Made by a program: the position numbers and the translations under genes
Notes under the pieces: model-generated
What the model was told of the DNA's origin: nothing
Database searches by the model: none
The model's input: only the letters and a program-made list of their open reading frames with translations
Part shown: in pieces, positions 40,792 through 51,323 of the stretch
Position numbering within the stretch: position 1 is the stretch's first letter
How the letters are laid out: each line of letters begins with the position of its first letter
Source: an uncultured Gemmatimonadales bacterium
GTDB lineage: Bacteria; Gemmatimonadota; Gemmatimonadetes; Gemmatimonadales; GWC2-71-9
DNA length: 64,000 nt
Reading direction: 5' to 3'
Assembly (NCBI GenBank): GCA_963828735.1
Contig: CAWHFW010000002.1
Span: forward strand, 992,881-1,056,880

Positions 40792-42041
40792 GAATCATCT
40801 ATGTCACGCAACGCCTGCCCTTCGGCAACGGCGAGACCTTCATCGTTCCCGAGGTGGAGTCCCTGATCGCGGCGGGTCATGACGTGCTCGTCGTTCCGCG
40901 CAGCACCACGGATCCCATCCTTCACGATGACGTCGATGCGCTGGTGGCCCGCATGCGGGTGATTCCGCCGGCACGCACGGTGATCGCCGCAGTCGCCGGG
41001 GCCGCCGTGGAGCACCCGGGTCGCACGGCCAGGGCTTTCTGGCGGACGCACGATACGAGGCCGCGCCGGCGCGGCCTCTCGAACGCCCTCGCCACCGCGC
41101 AGGGCATGTGGCTGGCGCGGCTCGCGCGCGCATGGCGTGCCGACCACATCCACGCCCACTGGGCGCACCTGACCGCCAGCATGGCCATGGGCGCGAGCGC
41201 CGTGAGCGGCATTCCCTGGAGCTTCACCGCTCACCGGTACGACGTCCTGCTCAACAACCTGCTGGACGAAAAGCTGCGGTCGGCCTCGTTCGGCCGGTTC
41301 ATCGCGCAGTACATGCTCGACATCGCTCGGCGCATGGTCAGTCCGGAGGCGGCGGCCCGCGCCGTGGTCGTGCACATGGGCGTGCGCCTTCCGCCGACGA
41401 TCGGTCCGCGCCCCACTCGCCCGATTCCGGTGGTGCTCTGCCCGGGCCGGCTCGTGCCCATGAAGGGACAGACGTACCTCATCGACGCGGCGGCGATGCT
41501 CGCCGCGCGCGGCGTGGCGTTCGAGCTTTGGTTCGCGGGAGATGGAGTGGACGCGGCCGCGCTCGGGCGGCAGGTTCGCGAGCGCGGCCTCGAGGGCCGG
41601 GTGCGGATGCTCGGCATCGTGCCGCATGCCGAACTGCTGGGGCTGTATCGGGAGCGCGCGGTGGATTGTGTGGTACTGCCGAGCGTGGAGCTCGGCGCGG
41701 GGGTGCACGAAGGGCTGAGCGTGGCGCTGATCGAGGCCATGGCCTACGGCATCCCGGCGATATCGACCACGACCGGCGGCCAGCCTGAGCTCCTCGATGA
41801 CGGCGCCGGCCTGCTCGTCCCTGAACGGAACGCGACGGCCCTGGCTCACGCGCTCGAGGACCTGCTGGCATCATCCAATCTCCAGGATCGACTCGGGCGC
41901 GCGGGGCGGCGCCGAATCGAAGAACAGTTCAACGCGGCGACCATCGCGGACGAGCTGGTGCACCTCTTCGCCGGCGACCACCTCCGCGAGCGGACTCGCG
42001 CGACAACGCGGCCCGTGGCGGTCGCCGCGAGGTCGCGGTAA
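40788..42041 (+). CDS. GT4 glycosyltransferase (WcaL-like)
   Basis: ETFIVPE, HIHAHW, SFTAH, GRLVPMKG, EGL...LIEAMA. Confidence 0.9.
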   Translation: MRIIYVTQRLPFGNGETFIVPEVESLIAAGHDVLVVPRSTTDPILHDDVDALVARMRVIPPARTVIAAVAGAAVEHPGRTARAFWRTHDTRPRRRGLSNALATAQGMWLARLARAWRADHIHAHWAHLTASMAMGASAVSGIPWSFTAHRYDVLLNNLLDEKLRSASFGRFIAQYMLDIARRMVSPEAAARAVVVHMGVRLPPTIGPRPTRPIPVVLCPGRLVPMKGQTYLIDAAAMLAARGVAFELWFAGDGVDAAALGRQVRERGLEGRVRMLGIVPHAELLGLYRERAVDCVVLPSVELGAGVHEGLSVALIEAMAYGIPAISTTTGGQPELLDDGAGLLVPERNATALAHALEDLLASSNLQDRLGRAGRRRIEEQFNAATIADELVHLFAGDHLRERTRATTRPVAVAARSR

Positions 42042-42044
42042 CGC

Positions 42045-43364
42045 GTGCGGAACGTCCTGCTCGTCACCCGGAATTTCGCTCCGACGAGCCACGTCTCCGT
42101 CGAACGCGCCACGAAGCTGGCCAAGTACCTGCCGGAATTCGGCTGGCAACCGACGGTGCTCACGGGTGCCACCGCCACCGCCGGGCTGCCTGAGGATCCG
42201 GGCTCGCTCGCACAGGTTGCCGGCATCGAGATCGTGCGTGCGCGGGCGCCGGAGTTCTCAGTATTCTACCGCAAGCCTGGCAAGCGCCGTGGCGCCGGGC
42301 CTGCTCTCCGAAGCGCGCCCAAGCGGAGTGCCTGGCACCCCAAGGCATGGCTACTCCCCGATTCGCAGGTGATGTGGTACCCGTTCGCCGTGCGGGCCGC
42401 TCTCCGACGGGCGCCGGCCGCACGGTGGGAAGCCGTCGTCCCCACCTCGTTTCCGCCCACGGCGATCCTCATCGCCCACACCGTCGCCGCGCGCCTCGGC
42501 ATTCCCTACGTCCCCGACTTTCGCGATGCCTGGACGGCATACGCGGGGGCGCCGAGCCGACCCGCGCCCCTCGCCGCCCTGGAACGCCGGCTCGAGCGCC
42601 GAATGCTCGCGGACGCCGCCGCCGTCGTGACCGTCGATAGATACATGGTAGCGCAGGCGATGGCGGACCTGGCCGACGCCAGCCGCCCGCCGCTGCACGT
42701 CATCCCGAACGGGTTCGACGACGAAGATTTCCAGCACACGACGCCGCACGACCTGCCGAGGTTCTCGATCGTCCACACGGGCCAGCTTCGCCGGGCGCCG
42801 CGCCCGCTCTGGGAGGCGCTCGGGCTGGCGCTGCGCGACTATCCCGAGCTCCGCGGTCAGGTGCACGTCTGGCAAATCGGATTCGTGGAAGCCGCCGCCG
42901 CCGGCGAGCTCGGGGCCCCGCCCGAGGGGGTCACGGTTCACGTGGTTCCACCGGTGACGCAACGCGAGGCCATCGGCTACATGCTCGGCGCCGACCTTCT
43001 GCTGGTGGAGGAAATCGGACCAGTGATGCCGTCGAAGGCGCTGCAGTATCTCCGGGCCGGCCGGCCGATCCTGGCGCTGGTCGACGGCGGCGGCGAGAGC
43101 CTGCGGGACACGCTCCAATCCGTCGCTCGCGCGCACCTCGTGCGACGCAACGATGTCACGGCCGTCGCCGCCGTGATCGCGCGGGTGGCCAGTGCGCCAC
43201 GCCACCCACCGGACGACCCCGGCGACCTGGAGGCGTACTCGCGGCGGGGAATCGCGCGCCGCTTTGCGGAGGTACTCGACGCAGTGTGCCAGCGGAACGA
43301 GGCGCGTGTCGTCGACCGTGACGGCGTTCCTCACCCTGCCCTCCCCCTTCTGACACGCCCATGA
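42045..43364 (+). CDS. GT4-family glycosyltransferase
   Basis: R..K.AKYLPEFGW, DFRDAW, VIPNGFD, PSK..QYL..GRPILA. Confidence 0.85.
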   Translation: MRNVLLVTRNFAPTSHVSVERATKLAKYLPEFGWQPTVLTGATATAGLPEDPGSLAQVAGIEIVRARAPEFSVFYRKPGKRRGAGPALRSAPKRSAWHPKAWLLPDSQVMWYPFAVRAALRRAPAARWEAVVPTSFPPTAILIAHTVAARLGIPYVPDFRDAWTAYAGAPSRPAPLAALERRLERRMLADAAAVVTVDRYMVAQAMADLADASRPPLHVIPNGFDDEDFQHTTPHDLPRFSIVHTGQLRRAPRPLWEALGLALRDYPELRGQVHVWQIGFVEAAAAGELGAPPEGVTVHVVPPVTQREAIGYMLGADLLLVEEIGPVMPSKALQYLRAGRPILALVDGGGESLRDTLQSVARAHLVRRNDVTAVAAVIARVASAPRHPPDDPGDLEAYSRRGIARRFAEVLDAVCQRNEARVVDRDGVPHPALPLLTRP

Positions 43365-44353
43365 CTCCGGGACGTGTGCTGGTCACCGGGGCCGGAGGAT
43401 TCACGGGGCTCGCCCTCGCGCGCAGCCTGGTGCACCGAGGGCATCCGGTGCGAGGCCTCGCTCGGAGCTCGAGCGGCGTCGAGGAGCTGACGGCCAGCGG
43501 CGTCGACGTGCTAGCCGGAGATGTCCGCGACGCGGCGCTGGTGCGGCGCGCGCTCGAGGGCGTCGAAATTGTCTACCACCTGGCCGCGGTGTTCCGCCGG
43601 GCCGGCGTGCCCGACTCTGAGTACCGGACGGTCCACGTGGACGCGACACGGCAGCTCATCGAGATCGCCGCCGAGTCAGGGGTCCGACGGGTCGTGCACT
43701 GCAGCACGGTCGGCGTGCACGGTGACGTGCAGGGCGACGCCCCGGCGACGGAGGATGCGCCGTTTCGCCCGATGGACATCTATCAGCAGACCAAGCTCGA
43801 GGGCGAATGGATGGCGCGGGAGACGTCGCGCCGTACGGGAGTCCCGCTCACCGTGGTCCGTCCGGGACCCATCTATGGTCCCGGGGACCGGCGGTTGCTC
43901 AAGCTGATCGGCGGGGTGGCGCGTCGGCGCTTCCGGATCCTGGGCGACGGCACGCCGCGCTTCCAGATGGTGTACGTGGACGATCTGATCGAGGGATTTC
44001 GACTGGCGGGAGAGCGGCCTGAAGCCGTGGGCCGCACCTACATCCTGACTGGCCGGGAGGCGCCGACGCTGCGTGAGCTGGTGACGGAGATCGCGAGCGT
44101 AGCGCACGTTCCCGCGCCCAGACTACGCCTCCCGGTATGGCCCTTCTGGCTCCTGGGCGCGGCATGTGAGGCAATCTGTATTCCGCTGCGAATCGAGCCC
44201 CCGATCTTCCGCCGTCGCGTGAAGTTCTTCACGAGCAACCGCTGGTTCGACACCTCGCGGGCGCGCGAGGAGATCGGGTTTTCGCCCGCCATGCCGCTCC
44301 GGGAAGGCCTGAGCCGCACGATCGAGTCCTACCGTCGACTGGGGTGGGTCTAG
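43361..44353 (+). CDS. NAD-dependent epimerase/dehydratase (extended SDR)
   Basis: TGAGGFTG, HLAA, YQQTK. Confidence 0.92.
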   Translation: MTPGRVLVTGAGGFTGLALARSLVHRGHPVRGLARSSSGVEELTASGVDVLAGDVRDAALVRRALEGVEIVYHLAAVFRRAGVPDSEYRTVHVDATRQLIEIAAESGVRRVVHCSTVGVHGDVQGDAPATEDAPFRPMDIYQQTKLEGEWMARETSRRTGVPLTVVRPGPIYGPGDRRLLKLIGGVARRRFRILGDGTPRFQMVYVDDLIEGFRLAGERPEAVGRTYILTGREAPTLRELVTEIASVAHVPAPRLRLPVWPFWLLGAACEAICIPLRIEPPIFRRRVKFFTSNRWFDTSRAREEIGFSPAMPLREGLSRTIESYRRLGWV

Positions 44354-44355
44354 CC

Positions 44356-45573
44356 TCAGGCCGCTCGCCGCTGGCCGACGCGGGTCAGCTCGCTCACCAG
44401 CTTTCGCGCCCCATCGTGCCAGGAGAACGTCGCCGCCCGCACCAACCCTCGCGCTCTCAGCCCGTCGGCGAGTCCCGGCTCCGAGACGAGCCGGACCATC
44501 GCATCTGCGAGGCCCGCCACGTCATCCGGATCGACCACCAGCGCCGCATCGCCAACCACCTCCGGGCAGGCTGGCGCGCTCGAGGTGATCACGGGGCATC
44601 CGCACGCCATGGCCTCCACCAGCGGGATGCCGAAGCTCTCGTAGTACGAAGGGAACAGCAGGGCGCCTGCCAGGCTGTACACCGCGGGCATGTCGTCATG
44701 GGCGATGAGGCCCGGGATGACCACGGCGTCCGGCTCCAACCCGAAGCGGTTCCGCAGCACGTCCGGCGTGAGCCGGTCGCGCACCCCCGCGCCGAGGATG
44801 ACCATGCGCGGGGTCGCGCGTGCCGCCCCCCGAGCGCGGGCGAACGCCTCGAGGGTCCCTTCGACGTTCTTTCGCGGACAGAGGGACTGGCCGTCGTACT
44901 CGATGCGCGCGTACCCCTTCACCACCATGAGGAAGAAAGGCTCCTCAGGGAGGCCGTACGCGTCGCGCACGCGCCCGAGTACCGCCGGATCGGCAATGGG
45001 CGTGAACCGTTCGTCGGCAGCGGCGTAGATGGTCGCCATCTTGTCGCGAGGGACGCCCGCGAGCTGCTCGAGCTCGTGGGCGAGGCTGTCCGAATTGGTG
45101 AGGACCCGCTCGGCCCGGCGGCAGAAGATCGGGATCGTGAGCACGTTGTACAGCCGGTTGATGCGATCGCCGAACGTGGAGTAGTACTCCGGAAACGTCC
45201 AGTACTCCGTCCCGCGCTGCTGAACGATCGTCGGGCACGGGGCCACCACGGGGATGCTGAACTTGTGATGGAACAGGACGTCGACGCCGGCGCGCCGGGC
45301 GGCGAGCGGCACGGCCACCTGGTCCCACCACAGCTTGCCGGGTGCCCGGACCACCACCTCGCGAACATTGGGCAGGTGCGCGTAGCGGCCCTGTTGGCGC
45401 GGCTCGGCATAGAAGAGCACGTAATCGTTCGTCCGATCGAGCCGCAGCACCGCATCCAGCAACTGGCGGATGTAGACCCCCGCGCCGTCGTACTCGTCGA
45501 TGCCTCGCAGCATGAGCCCGATCCGGAGCGGGCGGGATCTCGCGGTCGCGGCGCGCATGTCGTCGCTAGACAT
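44356..45573 (-). CDS. GT4 (group 1) glycosyltransferase
   Basis: PRKNV, FPSYYESFGIPLVEAMACG, EVVGDAA; start approximate. Confidence 0.9.
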   Translation of the reverse strand: MSSDDMRAATARSRPLRIGLMLRGIDEYDGAGVYIRQLLDAVLRLDRTNDYVLFYAEPRQQGRYAHLPNVREVVVRAPGKLWWDQVAVPLAARRAGVDVLFHHKFSIPVVAPCPTIVQQRGTEYWTFPEYYSTFGDRINRLYNVLTIPIFCRRAERVLTNSDSLAHELEQLAGVPRDKMATIYAAADERFTPIADPAVLGRVRDAYGLPEEPFFLMVVKGYARIEYDGQSLCPRKNVEGTLEAFARARGAARATPRMVILGAGVRDRLTPDVLRNRFGLEPDAVVIPGLIAHDDMPAVYSLAGALLFPSYYESFGIPLVEAMACGCPVITSSAPACPEVVGDAALVVDPDDVAGLADAMVRLVSEPGLADGLRARGLVRAATFSWHDGARKLVSELTRVGQRRAA

Positions 45574-45726
45574 GAGTCGAGGCTTGGTCCCGTGTGTGAG
45601 ATGACGTTGAATGGATCGCCACGAAGTGTAACCGGGGGACGCCGCCTCGGGGGTGAGCGGGCTCACACTGGGTACGAGCGTAGCCCCTGGTCGGGAACCG
45701 CGCTAGCTTCTGCAGCCAGACCCGCC

Positions 45727-47064
45727 ATGACATCTCCCTCTCCACGACCGGGGCTCGCCGATCGGCCGCCCCCGAGTAGGTCCCCGGCCCCGTCGCCCGC
45801 GCGGCTGCAGCGGCGCATCGGGCTCACGCTCGCGCTCGGCGGCTTCCTGTTCGTCGCCTGGGCTACGCTCATACCGACGTCCGACCCCAACGGGTTGACG
45901 CTGCTGACGCCGATTTGGTGTCTCGTGTGTGGCGACCACGGCGGCGCCGACATCGCCGCGAACCTGCTGCTCTTCCTGCCGTTCGCCGCCGGCCTCCGGT
46001 TGACCGGAGTCTCGTGGCGACGCACCGTGCTCGTATCCGCCGCGATCTCCTTCACCGTCGAGTCGCTCCAGCTCGTGGTGATCCCGGGGCGCGACGCCAG
46101 CCTGAGCGACCTGCTCACCAACACGGCGAGCGCGGCGATCGGGGCGACGCTCGCTCAGCATCTGCCCGAAGCCGTCCACCCCTCACGGGAACGCGCACGC
46201 CGGCTGCTGGCCATCGGGGGGATCGTTTGGCTCGGAACGCTGGGTCTCGCCGCGTGGCTGCTCATGCCGTCCATGCCCGAGGGCGTGCTCATGAGCCGCT
46301 GGGCGCACCGAGCGCCCGGGCTCGACGTGTTCGGCGGAGGGGTCGAAGTGGTCCGCCTTGACGGACTTTCGATGCCTGCCGACGGTTCCCCGCCGGACTC
46401 CGCCCGGCTCCGCCACCAGACCGACCTGGGAGAGTTCTCGCTCGAGGCGGAGGTGACGTCCGGACCCCCGACGCACGACCCTTCGTGGATCTACATGTTC
46501 CGGGTTCCTTCCGGAGGCGCGCTCACACTCTATCAGCTCCGCCGCGAGGCGGGCATCGCGGTCCCGGTCCGTGCGCTCCGGTATCTCGCTCGGCCAGTCA
46601 CGGTCACGCTGAACGATGGATTTCCCGCGGCGGCGGGTGTGCCCGTTCGCTTCGAGGTCACCGGGCGCGGCGGCCTCGTCCGCTTGAGCTCGACCTATGG
46701 GGACAGCACGCGAACGGTCACGCTCGGGTTGTCGCCCGCGTACGGATGGCGCCTCTTCTCACCGTTCCAGCTGGGCGCGGGCACCGAGGTGCGGCGCTTC
46801 ACAGCGCTGTGCATCGCCCTGAGCGTCCTGCCGCTCGCCTACTGGGCCACCCGCGGGGGAGGCGCAGCGTTCGGCATCTGCGCCGCGACGGTGGCCCTCG
46901 GCCTCGGCGGCCTGCCCTGGCTGGCCGGCCTCCCTCCCGTGCATCGCTCCGAGTGGATCGCCGCGGCTCTGGGCATCGGGGCCGGCTGGGCCCTCCAGCA
47001 CTGCGCGGCTTATCTTCCGAGTCGATGCGCCTCGCCTTCCGCCAGCGACTTCTCCTCATCCTGA
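45727..47064 (+). CDS. VanZ-family membrane protein with periplasmic domain
   Basis: D..ANLLLFLPF, S..VESLQ..IPGR..SLSDLLTNT. Confidence 0.82.
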   Translation: MTSPSPRPGLADRPPPSRSPAPSPARLQRRIGLTLALGGFLFVAWATLIPTSDPNGLTLLTPIWCLVCGDHGGADIAANLLLFLPFAAGLRLTGVSWRRTVLVSAAISFTVESLQLVVIPGRDASLSDLLTNTASAAIGATLAQHLPEAVHPSRERARRLLAIGGIVWLGTLGLAAWLLMPSMPEGVLMSRWAHRAPGLDVFGGGVEVVRLDGLSMPADGSPPDSARLRHQTDLGEFSLEAEVTSGPPTHDPSWIYMFRVPSGGALTLYQLRREAGIAVPVRALRYLARPVTVTLNDGFPAAAGVPVRFEVTGRGGLVRLSSTYGDSTRTVTLGLSPAYGWRLFSPFQLGAGTEVRRFTALCIALSVLPLAYWATRGGGAAFGICAATVALGLGGLPWLAGLPPVHRSEWIAAALGIGAGWALQHCAAYLPSRCASPSASDFSSS

Positions 47065-48212
47065 TCTGTCTCGGCGCGGTCCCCACCGCCGTGGCGATCC
47101 TCGGCTGGGCGTTGACCGTGCGATCCACCACGCCGGCCGCGGGCGCGCTCCGAGCCATGGAGGATGTGGGCGCCTCGGGCCGAACGCTGCTCCAGACCAT
47201 CGACTCCACGAAGCTCGAGCCCGCGGAACGACGAGCGTTGGAGGATCACGCGGCCAAGCTCAACCGCGCGCTCGGCCAGCTGCAGCGCGTGAACGCGTTC
47301 GGTCGATATTACTACGCGGGGCTCGGCCTCATGGTGCTGTTGGTCGGCGCCGCGTTCCTCTACGCGTCCGTGCGCGTCGGCGGACATCTCTCGCGCCAGC
47401 TCAGCCGCCCCATCGACGAACTCATCGGCTGGACGGGGCACATCCGCCGCCTCGAGCCGTTGCCGCCCGACCGGCCGCGCCGGGGCGCGCCCGAGTTCGA
47501 GGCACTGCGCACGGCGCTGAGGGAGATGGCCGAGGCGCTGAGCCAGGGACGGGCCCGCGCCCTCGAGGCCGAGCGTCTGGGCGCGTTTCGCGAGACGGCG
47601 CGGCGCGTCGCGCACGAGATGCGCAATCCGTTGACGCCGATCCGCCTCGCGGTCGCGCAGCTCTCGCGCAGCGCCGGGCCCGCCCAGCGGGAGGCGATCG
47701 ACGTGCTCGTGGCGGAGTCGGGACGGCTGGAAGAGCTCGCCCGCGAGTTCACGGATTTCGGTCGCCTGCCCGAGGGACCGGCCGCGCCGGTGGATCTCGC
47801 CGAGCTGCTCACGGCACTCGCCCGCACGACCGTACCGCCCACCATGCAGGTGCGGTTGGCGCTGGACCCCCATCTGCCGACGTTGCTCGGCCATTACGAC
47901 CCCCTGCTGCGCGCGTTCAGCAACATCATCCGGAACGCCGTGGAGGCGTCCGAGGGGCGAGGCGAGATCGAGCTGTCGGCGGTGCCCGAGAACGGCGGGG
48001 TGCGGGTCGCCATCCGGGACCACGGACCCGGCGTGCCGCCCGAGCTCGCGGGGCGGCTGTTCGACCCGTACGTCACGGCCAAGAGCGGCGGCACGGGCCT
48101 GGGCCTCGCACTCGCCAAGCAGACCGTGGAGATGCATCAGGGCGCGATCCTGGTGGAGGCGACGCCCGGTGGCGGGGCCACGTTCGTCGTTCGCCTGGGA
48201 AGGCCCGCGTGA
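47025..48212 (+). CDS. Membrane sensor histidine kinase (NtrY-like)
   Basis: Two TMs, HAMP, ARRVAHEMRNPLTPI, FDPYVT.K, GTGLGL. Confidence 0.9.
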   Translation: MRLAFRQRLLLILICLGAVPTAVAILGWALTVRSTTPAAGALRAMEDVGASGRTLLQTIDSTKLEPAERRALEDHAAKLNRALGQLQRVNAFGRYYYAGLGLMVLLVGAAFLYASVRVGGHLSRQLSRPIDELIGWTGHIRRLEPLPPDRPRRGAPEFEALRTALREMAEALSQGRARALEAERLGAFRETARRVAHEMRNPLTPIRLAVAQLSRSAGPAQREAIDVLVAESGRLEELAREFTDFGRLPEGPAAPVDLAELLTALARTTVPPTMQVRLALDPHLPTLLGHYDPLLRAFSNIIRNAVEASEGRGEIELSAVPENGGVRVAIRDHGPGVPPELAGRLFDPYVTAKSGGTGLGLALAKQTVEMHQGAILVEATPGGGATFVVRLGRPA

Positions 48213-49561
48213 CCGAGCACGCCCAGATCATGCTCGTGGACGACGAAGCCAACATCCGCCGGATGCTGGCCGCGCTGCTCCGGGACGAAGGGTTCACCGT
48301 CGCAGAAGCTCCCAACGGGAATGCCGCGTTGCTCCAGGTAGACGAAGTGGATCCCGACGTCGTCCTGCTCGATCTCTTGATGCCACCGGGGCCCGACGGC
48401 CTCGACACGCTCACGGCCATGCGCGACCATGGCAGGAGCACCCCGGTGATCATGATGAGTGGCAAGGCGCAGCTGACGGACGCCGTGCGCGCGGTCAAGC
48501 TGGGCGCCTTTCAATTTCTGGAGAAGCCGCTCACGCCCGAGTCGGTGCTGGCGACGGTGCGGGCTGCGCTCGAGCTGAATCGCACCCGGGCGGAAAATCG
48601 GGCGTTGCAGGCGGAGCTCGGGCGTCGCTCGGCGCTGGTCGGCGAGAGTGCGGCCATGCAGCAGATCCGCGCGCTCATCGCCCGGGTGGCGCCGACCGAG
48701 GCGCGAGTCCTCCTGACCGGGGAGAGCGGCACGGGGAAGGAGCTGGCCGCGGCGGCCGTACACTCGGCGAGCCGACGCGGCCGGCGGGCCTTCGTGACCG
48801 TCAACTGCGCGGCCATCCCGCGGGACCTCGTCGAATCGGAGATGTTCGGCCACGAGCGGGGCGCGTTCACGGGGGCCACCGAGCGCCGCCTGGGCCGGTT
48901 CGAGCTGGCGCACCAGGGAACCCTGTTCCTCGACGAGATCGGCGACCTGAGCGCCGATGCGCAGGCCAAGCTTCTTCGCACGCTCGAGACGGGTGACCTC
49001 CAGCGGCTCGGCGCCGAAACCTCGCAGCGGGTGGATGTGCGGATCGTGTCCGCCACCAATCGCCGGCTCGAGGATGCCGTTGCCGACGGCGACTTCCGCG
49101 AGGACCTCTTCTTCCGGCTCAACGTGTTCCCGATCCGCCTGCCGGCCCTGCGCGAGCGGCTCGAGGACCTGCCGGCGCTCGTCGCCCACCTGGCCGAACG
49201 CCTGCGTCCTCGGCAGGCGCCGACCTTCACGACGGACGCGGTCGAGGCGCTGGCCGGGTATGCATGGCCCGGTAACGTGCGGGAGCTAGCCAACCTCGTC
49301 GAGCGGTTGATCATTCTTAGCGGCCCCACCGTGGATGCAGCGGCGGTGCGGCAGGTCCTCCGCGGCGGCCCGCCTCCGCTGACCGCGAGCGCGGCGCTGG
49401 GGCGGCCACTGTCGGACGCTCTCGACGACTACGAGCGCGGACTCATCGCTGCCGCGCTCGCGCAGGCACACGGGAGCGTCGCGGAGGCAGCGCGCATGCT
49501 CCAGACCGATCGCGCGAATCTCTACCGCCGCATGCGGCGCCTGGGACTCGATCGGGAGTAG
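48209..49561 (+). CDS. Sigma54-dependent response regulator (NtrX-like)
   Basis: REC, GESGTGKEL, GAFTGA, WPGNVREL, HTH. Confidence 0.93.
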   Translation: MTEHAQIMLVDDEANIRRMLAALLRDEGFTVAEAPNGNAALLQVDEVDPDVVLLDLLMPPGPDGLDTLTAMRDHGRSTPVIMMSGKAQLTDAVRAVKLGAFQFLEKPLTPESVLATVRAALELNRTRAENRALQAELGRRSALVGESAAMQQIRALIARVAPTEARVLLTGESGTGKELAAAAVHSASRRGRRAFVTVNCAAIPRDLVESEMFGHERGAFTGATERRLGRFELAHQGTLFLDEIGDLSADAQAKLLRTLETGDLQRLGAETSQRVDVRIVSATNRRLEDAVADGDFREDLFFRLNVFPIRLPALRERLEDLPALVAHLAERLRPRQAPTFTTDAVEALAGYAWPGNVRELANLVERLIILSGPTVDAAAVRQVLRGGPPPLTASAALGRPLSDALDDYERGLIAAALAQAHGSVAEAARMLQTDRANLYRRMRRLGLDRE

Positions 49562-49592
49562 CGCCCGCCCTTCACCACTTTCCGAGCTCCGC

Positions 49593-51323
49593 ATGCGACT
49601 CCTCGTCGGCGGTCTCCTCCTGCTGCTCGTCCTGCCCGCCGCCGCGCGGGCCCAGGACAGCGTCATCGTTATCGACCCCGACCAGCCACCCGGCGATTCG
49701 GCGATCGTGCGCGCTGGTCCGGCGCCCGACATCGTGGCGGAGCTGCTCGCCTTCTACAACGACAGCACGACGACGCGCATGGAGGGCGATGTGAGCTTTC
49801 CGCCCGGCAGCGCGTTCGCCGGGCGCCTGGCGCAGTATCGGGGGTCGCTGCGGATCGCCGGGCGCGTGCGAGGCGACCTCACCGTCATCAACGCGACGCT
49901 CTATCTCCTGCCGGGTGCGGATGTCGAAGGGGACATCCTGGTGGTGGGAGGGCGCCTCATTCGAAGTCCCGGCGCCCGCCACGCGGGCCGAGAGCGGGTT
50001 ACCTGGGACGCGGCGCCGGTCGCCCGCTCGCCGGAGGGATCGCTCGTGCTGCGGGAGCGGCGCCGGCCCCTCGGCGAGCTCGCGACCGCGCGCACCAGCT
50101 TTCAGACGGGCAAGGTGCGGACCACGCTCTTGCTTGCGACCGGCGGCACGTACAACCGCATCGAGGGCCTGCCGATCGTCTTCGGGCCGACGTTCGAGCT
50201 TCGCCCGTCCGAGGCGACCGCACTCCGGCTCGACCTGCGCGGCATTCTGCGGACGGCCGGCGAGGGCTCGCGGCTCAGCAGCGAGTTCGGCTACGGCGTG
50301 CGGGCCGAGTTTCGCTTCCCGTCGGGCGGCGTCGCGGGTCGCCTGTACAGCGATGTCGCGCCGTTCGAGGATCAGCCGCTGTCCGCGGCGGAGAACGGCT
50401 GGTCGGCGTTCCTGCTGCAGCGCGACTATCGCGACTGGTTCGAACGACGGGGTGGCGGCGGCTCGGTGTGGGTGCAACCGATCCATTCCGTCCGGGTCGA
50501 GCTGTCGCTCCGGCGCGACCACGAAAGCTCGCTCCGGGCCGTGGACCCCTGGTCCCTGTTTCGGAACAGCGATCGGTGGCGCCGCAATCCGCTCAGCGAC
50601 GACGGCCACTACCTCACCACCGGCTTCCAGGTCGATTTCGATACGCGGAACGATCGGGATCTGCCGACGGCCGGGTGGTATCTCCGCGGCCGGTACGAGC
50701 ACTCGACCAGCGACGACGTCGCGCCGGTCACGCTTCCCGAGACCGTGAGGCCTCCTATTCCGACCGGCGGCGGGTACGCTTTCGACCGGCTGTGGTTTGA
50801 TTTCCGTCGCTATTCGCGCCTTACGCCGAACCTCCGCGTGAACGCCCGACTGCGCGCCGACGGGTGGATCGGCGGCGATCGGCTGTCCGTCCAGCGTCGC
50901 GTCTCGCTCGGCGGACCCGACCTGCTGCCCGGCTATCCGTTCCGCGTCCTCACTTGCGCCCCACAAGGGTTCATCGATCCGGCAAGTACGGCCCTCTGCG
51001 ATCGCTCGATCGCGGCCCAGGTCGAAGTCCGCACCCGGCTCAGGCTCAACCTCGGCTATCGCCTGAGCGACCGCGAGGGCGAACCGGGACGATTCATCGG
51101 CATCGAGGAGGCCGATCTCGTCTTTCTCTCCGACGCGGGCGACGCGTGGCTCGCGGGTGACGGCCCCGGGCAGGTGCCCGTGGACCGGATTCCGTCGTTC
51201 AGCGAGTGGAAGGCCGATGTGGGCGTCGGCCTCGACGCGGGGCAGATCGGCGCGTACCTCGCCAAGAGCCTCACGGGGGACGACCCGGTGCGCTTCATCG
51301 TGAGACTGCAGCGCCGCTTCTAG
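49593..51323 (+). CDS. Outer-membrane protein, Omp85/BamA-TamA-like barrel with N-terminal beta-helix-like segment
   Basis: Signal peptide, YNRIEG, DTRND...PT.GW, LGG...LPGY.F, terminal Phe. Confidence 0.7.
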   Translation: MRLLVGGLLLLLVLPAAARAQDSVIVIDPDQPPGDSAIVRAGPAPDIVAELLAFYNDSTTTRMEGDVSFPPGSAFAGRLAQYRGSLRIAGRVRGDLTVINATLYLLPGADVEGDILVVGGRLIRSPGARHAGRERVTWDAAPVARSPEGSLVLRERRRPLGELATARTSFQTGKVRTTLLLATGGTYNRIEGLPIVFGPTFELRPSEATALRLDLRGILRTAGEGSRLSSEFGYGVRAEFRFPSGGVAGRLYSDVAPFEDQPLSAAENGWSAFLLQRDYRDWFERRGGGGSVWVQPIHSVRVELSLRRDHESSLRAVDPWSLFRNSDRWRRNPLSDDGHYLTTGFQVDFDTRNDRDLPTAGWYLRGRYEHSTSDDVAPVTLPETVRPPIPTGGGYAFDRLWFDFRRYSRLTPNLRVNARLRADGWIGGDRLSVQRRVSLGGPDLLPGYPFRVLTCAPQGFIDPASTALCDRSIAAQVEVRTRLRLNLGYRLSDREGEPGRFIGIEEADLVFLSDAGDAWLAGDGPGQVPVDRIPSFSEWKADVGVGLDAGQIGAYLAKSLTGDDPVRFIVRLQRRF

